From the NCBI GenBank assembly GCA_002269645.1, contig NIVC01000600.1, positions 238,638 to 302,637 on the forward strand: a DNA stretch of 64,000 bases. Reading direction: 5' to 3'. This stretch comes from Macrostomum lignano (lineage: Eukaryota). Position numbers and translations under genes: made by a program. Below are positions 53,601 to 64,000 of the stretch, in pieces (the first letter of the stretch is position 1; every line of letters starts with the position of its first letter). Below the pieces are notes generated by a model. It worked only from the letters and a program-made list of their open reading frames with translations. It did not search any database and had not been told where the DNA came from.

Positions 53601-56396
53601 GTGGCTGACTCACTACCCGTAAGCGCGCTGGTTGGACTGGATTTGATTAGCCAGCTCAAGTTGGGGGTGGAGACGCCCCGAGTACAGTGCTTGGAAGAGA
53701 GACGCGCGAGAGGGTCCACGGCCAACCCCTCTCAGCCAATGAGAGAGAATGGGTGGGTGCGCCGCACCGCCAATGCCCCAGTCAGAGGGGGACGAGAGGC
53801 TTTCGCGGAGGGCATCGTGGCTAGCGGCCTTAACCAGATCGATCCGGAGCCGGCTGGCAAAACAAAATCAAGAATAACTAGAGCCCAAGCGCGTAAACAA
53901 CGGCAAGAGTACAACAAAACGAGACAAGAAACTGCAATGCGCCCTATAACATTGGATTACGAGGCGGCCCTACAAGACGACAAGGAGTTGCAAGCAGCGG
54001 TACAAACCAACGACTTGGTGAAGGAAAGCCGCGGCAGACTGTTTCGGCATCAAGCAGCTGGAGAGGACCAACTGGTGCTTCCGAAGGCTCTGCGTGCTAC
54101 GGCGCTGTCCCAGGCCCATGAGAGTGCATTCGCTGGCCACTTGGGAACAAGGAAGACTTGTCAACGACTAGAACAGCGATTCTGGTGGCCAACGGTGACA
54201 AAGAACGTGAAGGACTTCGTAGCAACGTGCGACAAGTGTCAGAAGACGGCTCGAGTCCCAGGCAATCACAAGGTACCACTAGTCCAAGTGCCTGGAGTGG
54301 AGGAGGCCTTCACCAAAGTTATCATCGATATCAGTGGACCGTATACGAGGACTGCGAGTGGTCACCAGTACATCCTGTCGATTATCGATGCGGCTACTCG
54401 ATTCCCCGAAGGAGTCCCGCTGCGAAAGATCGACGCTGAGTCCGTAGCGAAGGCATTGGTGGACTGCTTCGTGAGGACCGGATTCCCGAGGGAGATCCAG
54501 AGCGATAAGGGTACTAACTTTTCATCAGCACTGCTGCAGGCCCTGTACCGGTGTACCGGGGTCGAGGGCATCCAGTCGACGCCGTACCATCCGCAAAGCC
54601 AGGCGTTGGTGGAGAGGTTCCACGGCACTCTCAAGAATATGTTGAGGAGACTACCAGCTCGCGAGAAAAAGAAGTGGGACCAGTACCTACCGTATCTGCT
54701 GTTCGCCATTCGGGAGGTGCCCAACGAAACAACTGGCTTCTCCTCATTCGAACTTTTGTATGGACGCACTGTGCGGGGACCGCTAGATCTACTGCGGCAG
54801 ACCTGGGATGAGCAGCTCTCCGAAGAGAAGAAGGACATCATCTCGTTCGTGCTGGCCCAGAGAGACCGACTGCGGGCTGGCCAGGAAGCGGCACGGAACA
54901 GCGAAGAGCTAGCACGGAAGCGTCAGAAACTCTGGTACGACCGGCAGTCGCGGGAACGAGAGTTGCAGCCCGGAGATCAGGTGCTGCTGCTGCTGCCATC
55001 GTCATCCAAGAAGCTTCACGCTGAATGGCGCGGTCCCTATGAAGTACTGGAGAGGTGCAGCGATGTGAACTACCGGATCCGGATGGGCCCTGCGACAAAC
55101 ACGTTTCATGTCAACCTGCTCAAGAAGTACAATTCACGAGAGGCGGTTTTGATGCAGCTTCCAGCGGCAGCTACGAGTGCTCCTGAGTTGTCCGATCATC
55201 TGACACCTGCCGAGAGGGATCGTCTCCTGGAGCTGGTGCAGGACTTCGCGGGCGTCTTCAGCGAGACCCCGGGGAGGACTGACCTAGTGGAGCGCCGTAT
55301 CCGGACGACATCTGACCGCGTAGTGCGCATCCGGCCGCGACGGGAGCCGCAGGCGCATCGGCAGGTGCTCCAAGAGGAGATTCAACGCATGCTGGACCTC
55401 GGGGTGATCGAACCATCTGACAGTGACTACTGCTCCCCAGTCTGTCTGGTGGCCAAGAAGGACGGCTCAGTCCGGTTCACTGTCAACTTCAAGGCGCTGA
55501 ATGAGCTGGTGGCCTTCGACTCCTATCCGATGAAGAACATCGAGGACCTACTGGAGCGGGTCGCCAAGGCCAAGTTCATATCTAAGCTAGACTGCTGCAA
55601 GGGCTACTGGCAAATTCCACTGTACGAGGATTCAAAGCGATTGACGGCTTTCGCGGCCTGCGGCAAGCTGTATCAATTTACTGTGATGCCCATGGGCTTA
55701 AACTGCAGCAGCGCGACGTACCAGAGGCTCATGGACAAGCTGTTCCAAGGGCTGGACAACGCGGACTCCTACATCGATGACATCGCCGTGTTTAGCGCGA
55801 CATTCGAGCAGCACGTCGAGGACCTGAGGGAAGTATTTGGTCGCCTTAAGGCTGCCGGTCTAACGGTGCAACCCCGAAAGTGCTACCTGGGCGGCAACTC
55901 TGCTGACTACCTGGGTTTCAAGCTCGGCGGAGGCGAGATCGGTACAAGCGAGGACCGAGTGCGGACAATCACGGCGCTGGCTCAGCCCCGGACCAAGGCT
56001 CAGCTGCGATCTGTGCTCGGAGTGCTCAACCACTACCGTCGGTTCGTGCCCGATTACTCAGAAAAGGTGGCGGCCCTGACGGACCTCACGAAGAAGTCGG
56101 CACCCGATGACCTGACGGCGGCCTGGGGAGAGCAGCAGACGCGAGCCTTTGAGGCTGTGAAATCTCTGCTGGCGAGCGAGCCGGTGCTGCGCGCGCCGGA
56201 CTACAGTCGGCAGTTCACCTTGGAGACTGACAGCTCGGAGACTGGGATCGGCGCGGTGCTAACGCAAGAGTTCGAGGACGGCATCCATCCCGTGCTATTC
56301 GTATCTCGGCGGCTGACTTCGGCGGAGCGGAGCTACGCGACGATCGAGAAGGAGTGCCTCGCCGTGCGCTGGGCGGTCGAGAAGCTGCGGCAGTAG
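53601..56396 (+). CDS. pol: element C pol: integrase followed by RT and RNase H (frameshift at ~56395 before the RNase H end)
   Basis: HESAFAGHLG..CDKCQ, IIDISGP, SDKGTNF, VERFHGTLK, WRGPY precede YCSPVCLVAKK, YIDDIAV, ETDSSETGIGAVL, EKECLAV. Confidence 0.92.
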   Translation: MADSLPVSALVGLDLISQLKLGVETPRVQCLEERRARGSTANPSQPMRENGWVRRTANAPVRGGREAFAEGIVASGLNQIDPEPAGKTKSRITRAQARKQRQEYNKTRQETAMRPITLDYEAALQDDKELQAAVQTNDLVKESRGRLFRHQAAGEDQLVLPKALRATALSQAHESAFAGHLGTRKTCQRLEQRFWWPTVTKNVKDFVATCDKCQKTARVPGNHKVPLVQVPGVEEAFTKVIIDISGPYTRTASGHQYILSIIDAATRFPEGVPLRKIDAESVAKALVDCFVRTGFPREIQSDKGTNFSSALLQALYRCTGVEGIQSTPYHPQSQALVERFHGTLKNMLRRLPAREKKKWDQYLPYLLFAIREVPNETTGFSSFELLYGRTVRGPLDLLRQTWDEQLSEEKKDIISFVLAQRDRLRAGQEAARNSEELARKRQKLWYDRQSRERELQPGDQVLLLLPSSSKKLHAEWRGPYEVLERCSDVNYRIRMGPATNTFHVNLLKKYNSREAVLMQLPAAATSAPELSDHLTPAERDRLLELVQDFAGVFSETPGRTDLVERRIRTTSDRVVRIRPRREPQAHRQVLQEEIQRMLDLGVIEPSDSDYCSPVCLVAKKDGSVRFTVNFKALNELVAFDSYPMKNIEDLLERVAKAKFISKLDCCKGYWQIPLYEDSKRLTAFAACGKLYQFTVMPMGLNCSSATYQRLMDKLFQGLDNADSYIDDIAVFSATFEQHVEDLREVFGRLKAAGLTVQPRKCYLGGNSADYLGFKLGGGEIGTSEDRVRTITALAQPRTKAQLRSVLGVLNHYRRFVPDYSEKVAALTDLTKKSAPDDLTAAWGEQQTRAFEAVKSLLASEPVLRAPDYSRQFTLETDSSETGIGAVLTQEFEDGIHPVLFVSRRLTSAERSYATIEKECLAVRWAVEKLRQ

Positions 56397-56953
56397 TGCT
56401 AGGCCGCCGGTTCGTCATCAAGTCCGACCATAAGCCGCTGCAGTACCTGCAGATGGACCACGCCAACCCACGACTCCAGCGGTGGGCCTTCTCGTATCTG
56501 TCCGGCTATGACTACGAGATCCAGTACCAGCCAGGCGAAAGCAACACGGTGGCCGATGGTCTCAGCAGGATCTGGGCTAGTGACCGACCAAGTGATTTAG
56601 TGACCGACCAAGTGATTTAGTGACTGACCAAGTGATTTAGAGACTGACTGAGCGATTTAACTTTTATTAAAGTCGTTAGTGGCCAAGTTTGCATTGTTTT
56701 TTTTGTAAGACATATCCGAACTTTGCGTGACCCTGCGATTGATTTTTGGCTTGCGATTTTTCCGGCTTCGATCTTTTGGTGGAGGGTGTGACGGTGGACT
56801 TTTCTTTGTGCCACCCCATTTTTGATAAGTCTATAAATACTCGTAGACCTGGTGCACGCCAGAGGGCGATACTTGTTTTTTTGGTTTTGGCTCAGTTAGG
56901 AGCCTTGGACAATCAATATCATTCTTATTTATTTACAAGAATGCAACACACGG

Positions 56954-57859
56954 CATTCAAACATCGAGAGAGAGGCGCTGGCGATCGTCTGGGCTATGCA
57001 GCGTGCGAAACAGTTCCTATTAGGGTCGCGCTTCACACTCAGAACGGATCATCCTGCTCATTCTAGTTGACGCTATGTCCGGCTGGCCCGAGGCCGTACG
57101 AGTGCAAAACAGGGACGCGGCGACAGTCAAGCGGGTGTTGCAGGCGGTCTTTGCTAGGAACGGCGTGCCTCATGTGCTGGTCAGCGACAACGCCGCCGAG
57201 TTCCACGACGCCAATCTGGTCGCCTGGCTGGAAAGAATCGGCTGCCGCGCCATCAAGACTCCCCGCGACACCCTCAATCTAACGGCCTGGCCGAGTGGAT
57301 GGTCCAGTCTATCAACAGAGCATCTGCGGCGTGGGACCAGTCCGAAAGCTACGAGTCGTTCTTGTTCACGGTACTCATAAACTACAGGTGTGTGCCGCAT
57401 GCTGGGCGCCAGCAGAGCCCGTCGCAGCTCATGGGTCGACAACTACGCCACCCGATAACCATGCGCACACCAATTGGAGCGAGCCTGTGGTACACGCCTG
57501 GAGATCAGCAGCGTCAGGAGCGAGCTGAGTTCATCGTGCAGAAAGGGACCAACACTGCCCTAATCGCTCGTCAAGGCGGTCGCATCGCCCTGGCGCATGC
57601 GGATCAGCTGAGCCGCGTTGTAGAAGACCAGGTCCAGCCAAACCGATTCGGCCAGAGCCTACCTATCGAACTCGGTCAGGATCCGCCCTGCGGCCTCGGT
57701 CAGGACCCACCTGGCGAACTCGGTCAGGACCCGCCTGGCGAACTCAGTCGGGACCCGCCCACCGAATCCGAACAAGGCCCAAGTCAAACAGCAGCGCGTC
57801 GCTACCCAGCTCGGTCAACTCGAGGCGTGCCCCTTATCCGTTTCGAAGGGGGGAGATGA
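56954..57859 (+). pseudogene. pol: element A RNase H tail joined directly to the integrase core (internal deletion)
   Basis: HSNIEREALAIVWAM..RTDHP is followed immediately by LILVDAMSGWPEA..VSDNAAEF; no connection or HHCC region. Confidence 0.8.
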
Positions 57860-59668
57860 GGCAGCGCTGGATTCTGCCGCTGTACTTATGACTAAGTGAC
57901 TAGCTGATTGACTATTGAAATATTGACTGTACATCCAGTGTACCCACCACCCCGGTTTCGTGCCCCGTGTGCCCCACCACCCCAATGCGTTAATAATTAT
58001 ATATTGAGCATCGTTTGTGTTAGAATCGTTTATGAATAATATATCGAAACTGAGACATCGTTTATTTTACCAAATCATCGTGCTACTCAGTTGAACTCTT
58101 AGTTAAACGACGCGACATATTCTTTATAGTCCGTATTTATTTCATTATCTATATTTATGAGCGATAATGAAGTGAAAAATGTATAATTTATCCTTAATAA
58201 CAATAATTTTAGTTTGTTGCTTGCAATTGGTTTGCTGGCAATTTTGTATGGTATAATACTACTGGTCAAAAGTCACTGGCGGTCAAAAGTCACTGGCAGG
58301 CAAAATTCACTGACGGTCAAAAGTCACTGGCGGTCAACAGCCAAAGTCCTAGACACCGCATCATTGCACGGATCCATGCATATTGTCGTTGTCGACTGCC
58401 TCAGGTTTGGACGCATGCCTGTCTTGAACTGCCGTGACTGACTGACTACTTCCTGTGAGCTGCAAATCTGTCGCGGAAAACCAATGCTCTGGCGCCGAAA
58501 ATGTGAAGCCGCTTTGACAGTCAGTCATTAAAACGCGTGCTCAGTAACACCACTAGTCTTTGTGAACAAGTTCCTATTGGGTTTTGACTACAAGACTCAC
58601 ACACTACCTCGGGCTAATTTTCTATCCTACGAGCTAAGATTTTAGCGGCGACAAGTAGCTTTCATTAAATGTTAAAGTATACCCAGATAATCTGGGCGAA
58701 ACATAGGATATTTAAACTGAAGAAATTGTCCAGAACGTGCACACTCTAAGAGTGAAACGCTATCAAGGAATCCGGGACCAGATCAGCGGTAATAAGCTCG
58801 TCCGACTCTCGCATCACAGTACCCAAGGTCAGCGGAATGAGTCTGACTGCTTGCGTCCTCACTGACTTGCTGACTTCCACCCAGAGGCCCCTGCAAACTG
58901 ACTAACTAAGCCATCAGAAGGCCAATGCTAATGATTTAAAGTCGATTTTTAAGTTGAAGAAAGTTTCTCAAGGCATAAAGTGAACCCTCAGTTGGATGCA
59001 TATTCTGATTTTTTAAGGACTGCTTTAGAATTTTAGTCGTAGCTATATTTCAATATTGAACAAATGGTCGAAGAGAGACAAGAAACTATTAGTTTCAGGA
59101 CAGCACAGCTTAGTGCCAAAGTGAACGAGTAAGCTATATAAATATTGTTTTAATCAATAGATGGGGAGTCAAGTAAAATTCTGGAGTTGAAAAAGCGACA
59201 TAATAGTCCATAGAATATGATCAGATGATACTTATATATTAATCCTTTATCCTTTCACGCGTCAATATCGTGTAATGCCAGGTGCATAATCTAAAAATAG
59301 GTAAGAGTACATAAAGGTATTTCGCCAGAAAATTTGATAACAAAGAAGAGAATAATAAATCAGTTCTAATGGGAAAAATTATCAACAGCCAATCAATACA
59401 GAAAATATATTGAGGAAGAAAATAATTAGAATATCGGATAGCATTTAGTGTCCGCTAAAGCACTTAGTTTGTCCTTGTTTGGATTAGCTAATTTGCATTG
59501 GTAATTAGCAATCTGTGACCAATCAGAGCTTCAGGCAAGTCCGCGATCAAATCCAGCCGGTGGTATTTGTGACTGAAGCGGAACAGAGTGATTCATCATG
59601 TCTGTGACTGACTAACTGGTGCCTCCAAAGAGATTTGATTAGCACAAAAGCTTAGATAGAGAGCTCAC

Positions 59669-62600
59669 CGTTTAGACTTTGAGTAGAATAAACCAGGCGG
59701 AATCCTTTCGAAGTAACGCTTGAGTCAGTTTTGAATCGAAGCAGCACAGGACCTTGCAGGCTTAGTGAAACTCCAGTGGCATTGCTGTTAACCAGACTCG
59801 TTGTCAGCTTGCTATCGTCTACCTCATCAGAGATGCTGAATCTGTCGTATATGAAGATTTTGTCACAGCAGTTCTCAATGTCCACTTCTTCCATCCGGAT
59901 GTTGACGGGCCCGTCGCGTCGATCAGCCATTGATAGTCTTTGTTATTAGCGTATTTTGCGTACATCGACGATCCATAGTTGCTTGGACACTTGATCGTGC
60001 CCAAGTCCTCCGAAACTAAAAGAAATGCGGTCAACTTGCACTCGATCTACATTCTAAAGCCATTGTGTACATCGTAAATTTGCAAGTTTGGGTAAAACGA
60101 TCACACACAAACGCACACACATACCTACCGAAAAACCATTTTTAGTATTAGACAAATCTTAGAGATTTAGTATATGTGGATTTAGTATATTTAGATTAGA
60201 GCTGCAGTTGAATAAAATCAAGCGAAGTACATATTTAACCCTCTCAGTGGTGAATGCAATCGTAAAAAATTCAGCACCTCGAGCTCACCTACAACCGGTC
60301 CGCGTCTATAAGAGAACGCAATGCCCCGACCATCAAAGCGTCTGCCAGTTTTAACTCTAATCAGCAGGGGTCCCGTCAGGACAAAGTCCGCTGACGTGGC
60401 ATTCGCGTCAGTTAGAATGAACAGCAAGTTTTGCTCATCGGCATCGGCGCTTGCTTGATCAGAAATTGCAAAGACTTCAATGAAGCTTCCATCTGCTCCG
60501 AGATTTGACCAGTTGAATGCCAGCTTGTAAACATATTTGCCCGGAATCAGCCACTTATACTCCATCCACTTCTCCATTGTCCTGTTAGCATCGGTTGGGT
60601 ACTGAAGCATTGCAAAACTTTGGGACTGATTGGCGAAAACTGAAACTGTTTGAAAGTAGCGGGGGATCAGAGATGATTGGAAAATGTCAGAGGAAGTGTA
60701 AAAAGTGCAATTACCAGTCCTAGGCTCGATGGAATAGGACAAGTCGAAGCCCTGACCGACTAGCCGTTTATCCGTGCTAAACCGGATCAGCACGGGACCA
60801 ATCAGCTTATACGTTGCCGATGTCGCATTCGCCTGTGTCAGTGTGAACCTCAGCTTGCTCTCTTCTGGCTCATCGGTTTCTCCATCAGTCATCTCGTACA
60901 ACTGGATGATGTCATTTCCGTAGCCAATGTCAGCAGATGTGACAGTGATGAGGACGAAATTCCTTCTGTTGATGGTCCATCTGTACTCCATCTCGTTAGC
61001 GTAAGTCGAGCCAGTCTCTTCGGGACAACTAAAGCTAGCAGAGTCATTGGTCATGGCCACGTGCACTGAAAATGTAAACAAATTTTAAGCACCACATTGT
61101 CCACATTGTGCAAAGTTGGAACTTAGTGTCAATCAGCAGATTAATATTATCGCAATACAATGTGCAACTAAAGAATTCTCACCACTTCTGATCTGATAAT
61201 CGAAAACAACTTGACCGCTCGCCGAAGCAGAGTTGTTGGACGAATATACAACTGCAAGGATGCCTTTGTGCGTCACGTGATTCGCAAATGGGATCCGTCT
61301 CGCACTTTTCTGCATCGCTGGGCTGCTTAGCAGATCCATGTCGCCAGCGAATATCTCTACAGAAGACGAAGTCGTGATACGGTTAAAGATGAGGTGCGTC
61401 AGGAAATCATGAGAACCATTTGGTGCCACAATCCACTTTGTGCTCGAAGGTCTCGGGAGGACGGTGGATCCTTCCGCTGGATTGCAGAGTCTCATGCCTC
61501 TGCTGCCCCTGATTACCTCGGTTGCTGGTGAAGCCTCTGAAAGATTCAGTTGTGTTTCAGTGCTAATGATTTGGTGGTCTTTGGAATCAAATGACTGAGA
61601 CGGAGGTTCTGGCCAGATTTTTCTTGGCGATGCAGTCACAATGATGGTAAACTCATAATCCTTGAATGAGGGCGTACTTGGATGTAAGAAATCGCTAAGG
61701 TGTTAACTTAAAAAGGTGATCTCTGAGTAGGAAGTTTTCTGAATCTTCAACAAAACAAGGAATTACCTTCAGCTGAACCATCAGCTGTGTAAGTGAGCTT
61801 GAAGTCCCTGCGGCTGCCGTCGCTGTTGGCTGTGAACCGAAGCAGCACAGGACCGGACAGTCGGAACTCTGACTGGCTGGCACTCGAATCGGACACCACA
61901 AATTTCAGATTGTCCTCCGTCTCAGACCTCGTGTTTTGGTACAGGTACACTTTGTCCCCAGCAGGAAGATTGATGGAGCTGAACCTGATGCGAACCGTGC
62001 CGCTTCTGTCGATGATCCATCGATGGTCCAGGTTGCCATCAGTTGCTTCACTTTGCGAGGAGTAACTGATTTCTCCTTCGGCATCACTCAGAGAAACTGA
62101 AATTCGTGGCAGGCGTTTAGGAGGTCAAATCTAAAGGTCAAAGCGGCCTGCTTTGAACTATAAGATGCAATAAGAGGAAAGGGTGGAACTCTTTAGATGA
62201 CAAAGACACAGCAGACTTCGGACTCAACTCACCATTCCCAACGGAGTAGGTGAACCTCAAGCCGAATCTGTCTCCGCTGGCTCCAGTTCTCAGCACCACG
62301 GTGACGAATCCGCTCGCTCTCAGGGTCTTCCTCTCGCCAAGTAGGCCAGTCTGACTGAATATGGGAGACTCGCTGAGCCTGGGCTCAACTCCCGTGTACA
62401 CACTGACTGTATCGCCATGCGGCTGGCCTCCCTCGGCATCAAAGAGCTGCAGCTCAACCGTCTGTTGAGGGCTCACAGCGATGGACCAGGCTCTCGATGA
62501 GCCCACTGGTCCTCTGGACGGATAAATTGCTTTGCTTCCCTCAATGTTTTTGATGAGTTCAGTCGGCGTTGGTAGTTCTGGAATAATGCGAGGGTAAATA

Positions 62601-64000
62601 TGAGTCCAGCTCTTATCCGGCCATTAGCAAACAGTGAAAGGTAAGAGTGCTGGCGATACTAAGAATGTGTTCGCTGGATAAGTTTGTTACACTGAACAGG
62701 GCAAATAATCATCGTTTCCTATCGGAGACACTATTATTATCCGCTGTCGTGTATTCTGTGGTGACAGCCCGCCCAGTTTTGTCTATCCGCCCTACATGCT
62801 ATTGCTGAACAGAAACACGGTCCAAATTATCGTTGTCATTTCTGCGGTTGAAATATCCCATAAACTGGATGAATTAGTTTAGAAATAATTTTTCATTGGT
62901 TTGACCAATAATGGAGCCACTGAGTCACCAACGGCAGTGCGAACCGCATTAAAAACTGAAGTACAGTAAAAAGACGCTAAATCGATTTTCCCAGTAATGA
63001 GCTGAAGGTAAGGAACACACAGTACGAGTATAATTGTCGCATCGCTAGTGCTTTTGCTCTCAAGAAGTCGGATTTTTCTAGCGCAAAGTTTTTTCGACCG
63101 AATTATTCTATAGCGAAAGCCCCTTCAGAGCCGTGCCCTCTAGCGATTCGGATAATATTCGGTCTTTACAAGCGTGCACCTCATTTCTAAAAAAATCGAG
63201 TGTGCCGTTCACTTCAGTTGTCCATGGCAAACCGACCTTAAGCATATCAAGCGTCTGTACACATTGAATGCTCTGTAATGAAGGCGTGTTTATACTTATT
63301 AAACGTGTTTGAGCAGTTGAACAATCATGTATCTGGGACTCAAAAGTTTATTTACAATATTTCCTATAAATGATGAATAAATGGAAAATGATCATATTTT
63401 ACCTTCGCTCCCGCTCTGATACGACAGCTTGAAGATGTTGCCACTGACCCCGCTTTGTGGTGACTTGAACCAGCACGGGACCTCTGAGCCTGAACTCTAC
63501 AGAGGTCGCATTCGTCATTGACCTGTGCTCAGAGACGAAGGCCAGCCTGTCCTCGCTGGGGTCAGCAGTCATCTCGTACAGTCTGACAATATCTGCGTGA
63601 GACAGCTTCAGCGAGACCCAGCCTTGACGATCAATGAGCCACCTGTAGTCAGTCTCGAGGTCATACTTCATCTCTTCTTCCGCAGGAAGCTGCTCGCCTT
63701 CAGAGCAGACAACATCGGCTTTTTCGTCTGTCAGGTTTCTCGATTTTCCTAAAACGGTTTCATTCAGAGCGTACTGAGGAATGTTACGAATATTAAAGAT
63801 GTAAATAAGTAGTTTGACGGAAACAGTAACATCACTTTCTGTTTGTTTTGTTTTGATTTGTTTTGTCACTCTCTGTAAATTTTTACTGACTAAATATTTA
63901 ATTAACAACAACTTACTTCTGCTGTCAAGAGCCGAGTAAGATAAGTTGAAGCCCGCCCCGATGATACTAATGTCAGTAACGAATTGGATCAGCACCGGAC
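59669..64000 (-). CDS. multi-exon protein with tandem divergent CUB domains (partial; exons include 64000-63917, 63773-63403, 62577-62233, 62066-61767, several at ~61640-60290, ~60020-59669)
   Basis: Repeated Y-x-N-x-x-(D/E)Y-x-W-x-I...(D)x(I/V)xxY...(S/T)GPVL(L/I)RFxTD..xxGFxLxY modules bounded by GT-AG sites; a donor at 59669 shows the gene continues. Confidence 0.75.

Larger units (their letters stand above)
52189..56948 (+). mobile_element. element C: Gmr1-like Gypsy LTR retrotransposon (PR-INT-RT-RH order)
   Basis: LTRs 52189-52346 and 56787-56948 (TGTGACGG...GCAACA), TSD CACGG, PBS TGGTGGCAGCGGTG (tRNA-Leu type). Confidence 0.92.
45554..58117 (+). mobile_element. element A: defective Gypsy (Mag-like) LTR retrotransposon hosting elements B and C
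   Basis: LTRs 45554-45755 and 57857-58117 (TGAGGCAG...CGCGACA), TSD TATTC on both sides, PBS TGGCGTCGCAAGCA, PPT GAAGGGGGGAGA before the 3' LTR. Confidence 0.93.

Overview
Eukaryotic, intron-rich metazoan DNA. An invertebrate source is inferred from TTAGGG repeats, GT-AG introns, tRNA-derived SINEs and Gypsy elements; the species cannot be determined from sequence alone. Four host genes are recognisable: a partial SLC18/VMAT-like transporter (-), a PIP4K-family kinase with two substituted catalytic residues (+), a serine palmitoyltransferase small subunit (-) and part of a multi-CUB protein (-). About 60% of the window is mobile DNA. (i) A Ty3/Gypsy retroelement at 1-~12.4 kb has the unusual order gag-env-pol: a herpes-gB-like class III fusion glycoprotein is fused in frame behind Gag in one 1545-aa ORF, upstream of protease/RT/RNase H/integrase. 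(ii) A 12.1-kb fold-back element (32736-44815) consists of two ~4.6-kb near-identical inverted arms, a 48-bp hairpin-containing spacer and a 6-bp TSD; one arm carries a 2762-bp non-autonomous Helitron. (iii) A four-element LTR nest (45187-58117) includes an intact 4.2-kb Mag-like element and a Gmr1-like element with PR-INT-RT-RH order. Many mini/microsatellites produce spurious ORFs. Several frameshifts look like 1-bp deletions in short homopolymers and may be assembly errors. All family assignments come from motif recognition by eye, not database searches.
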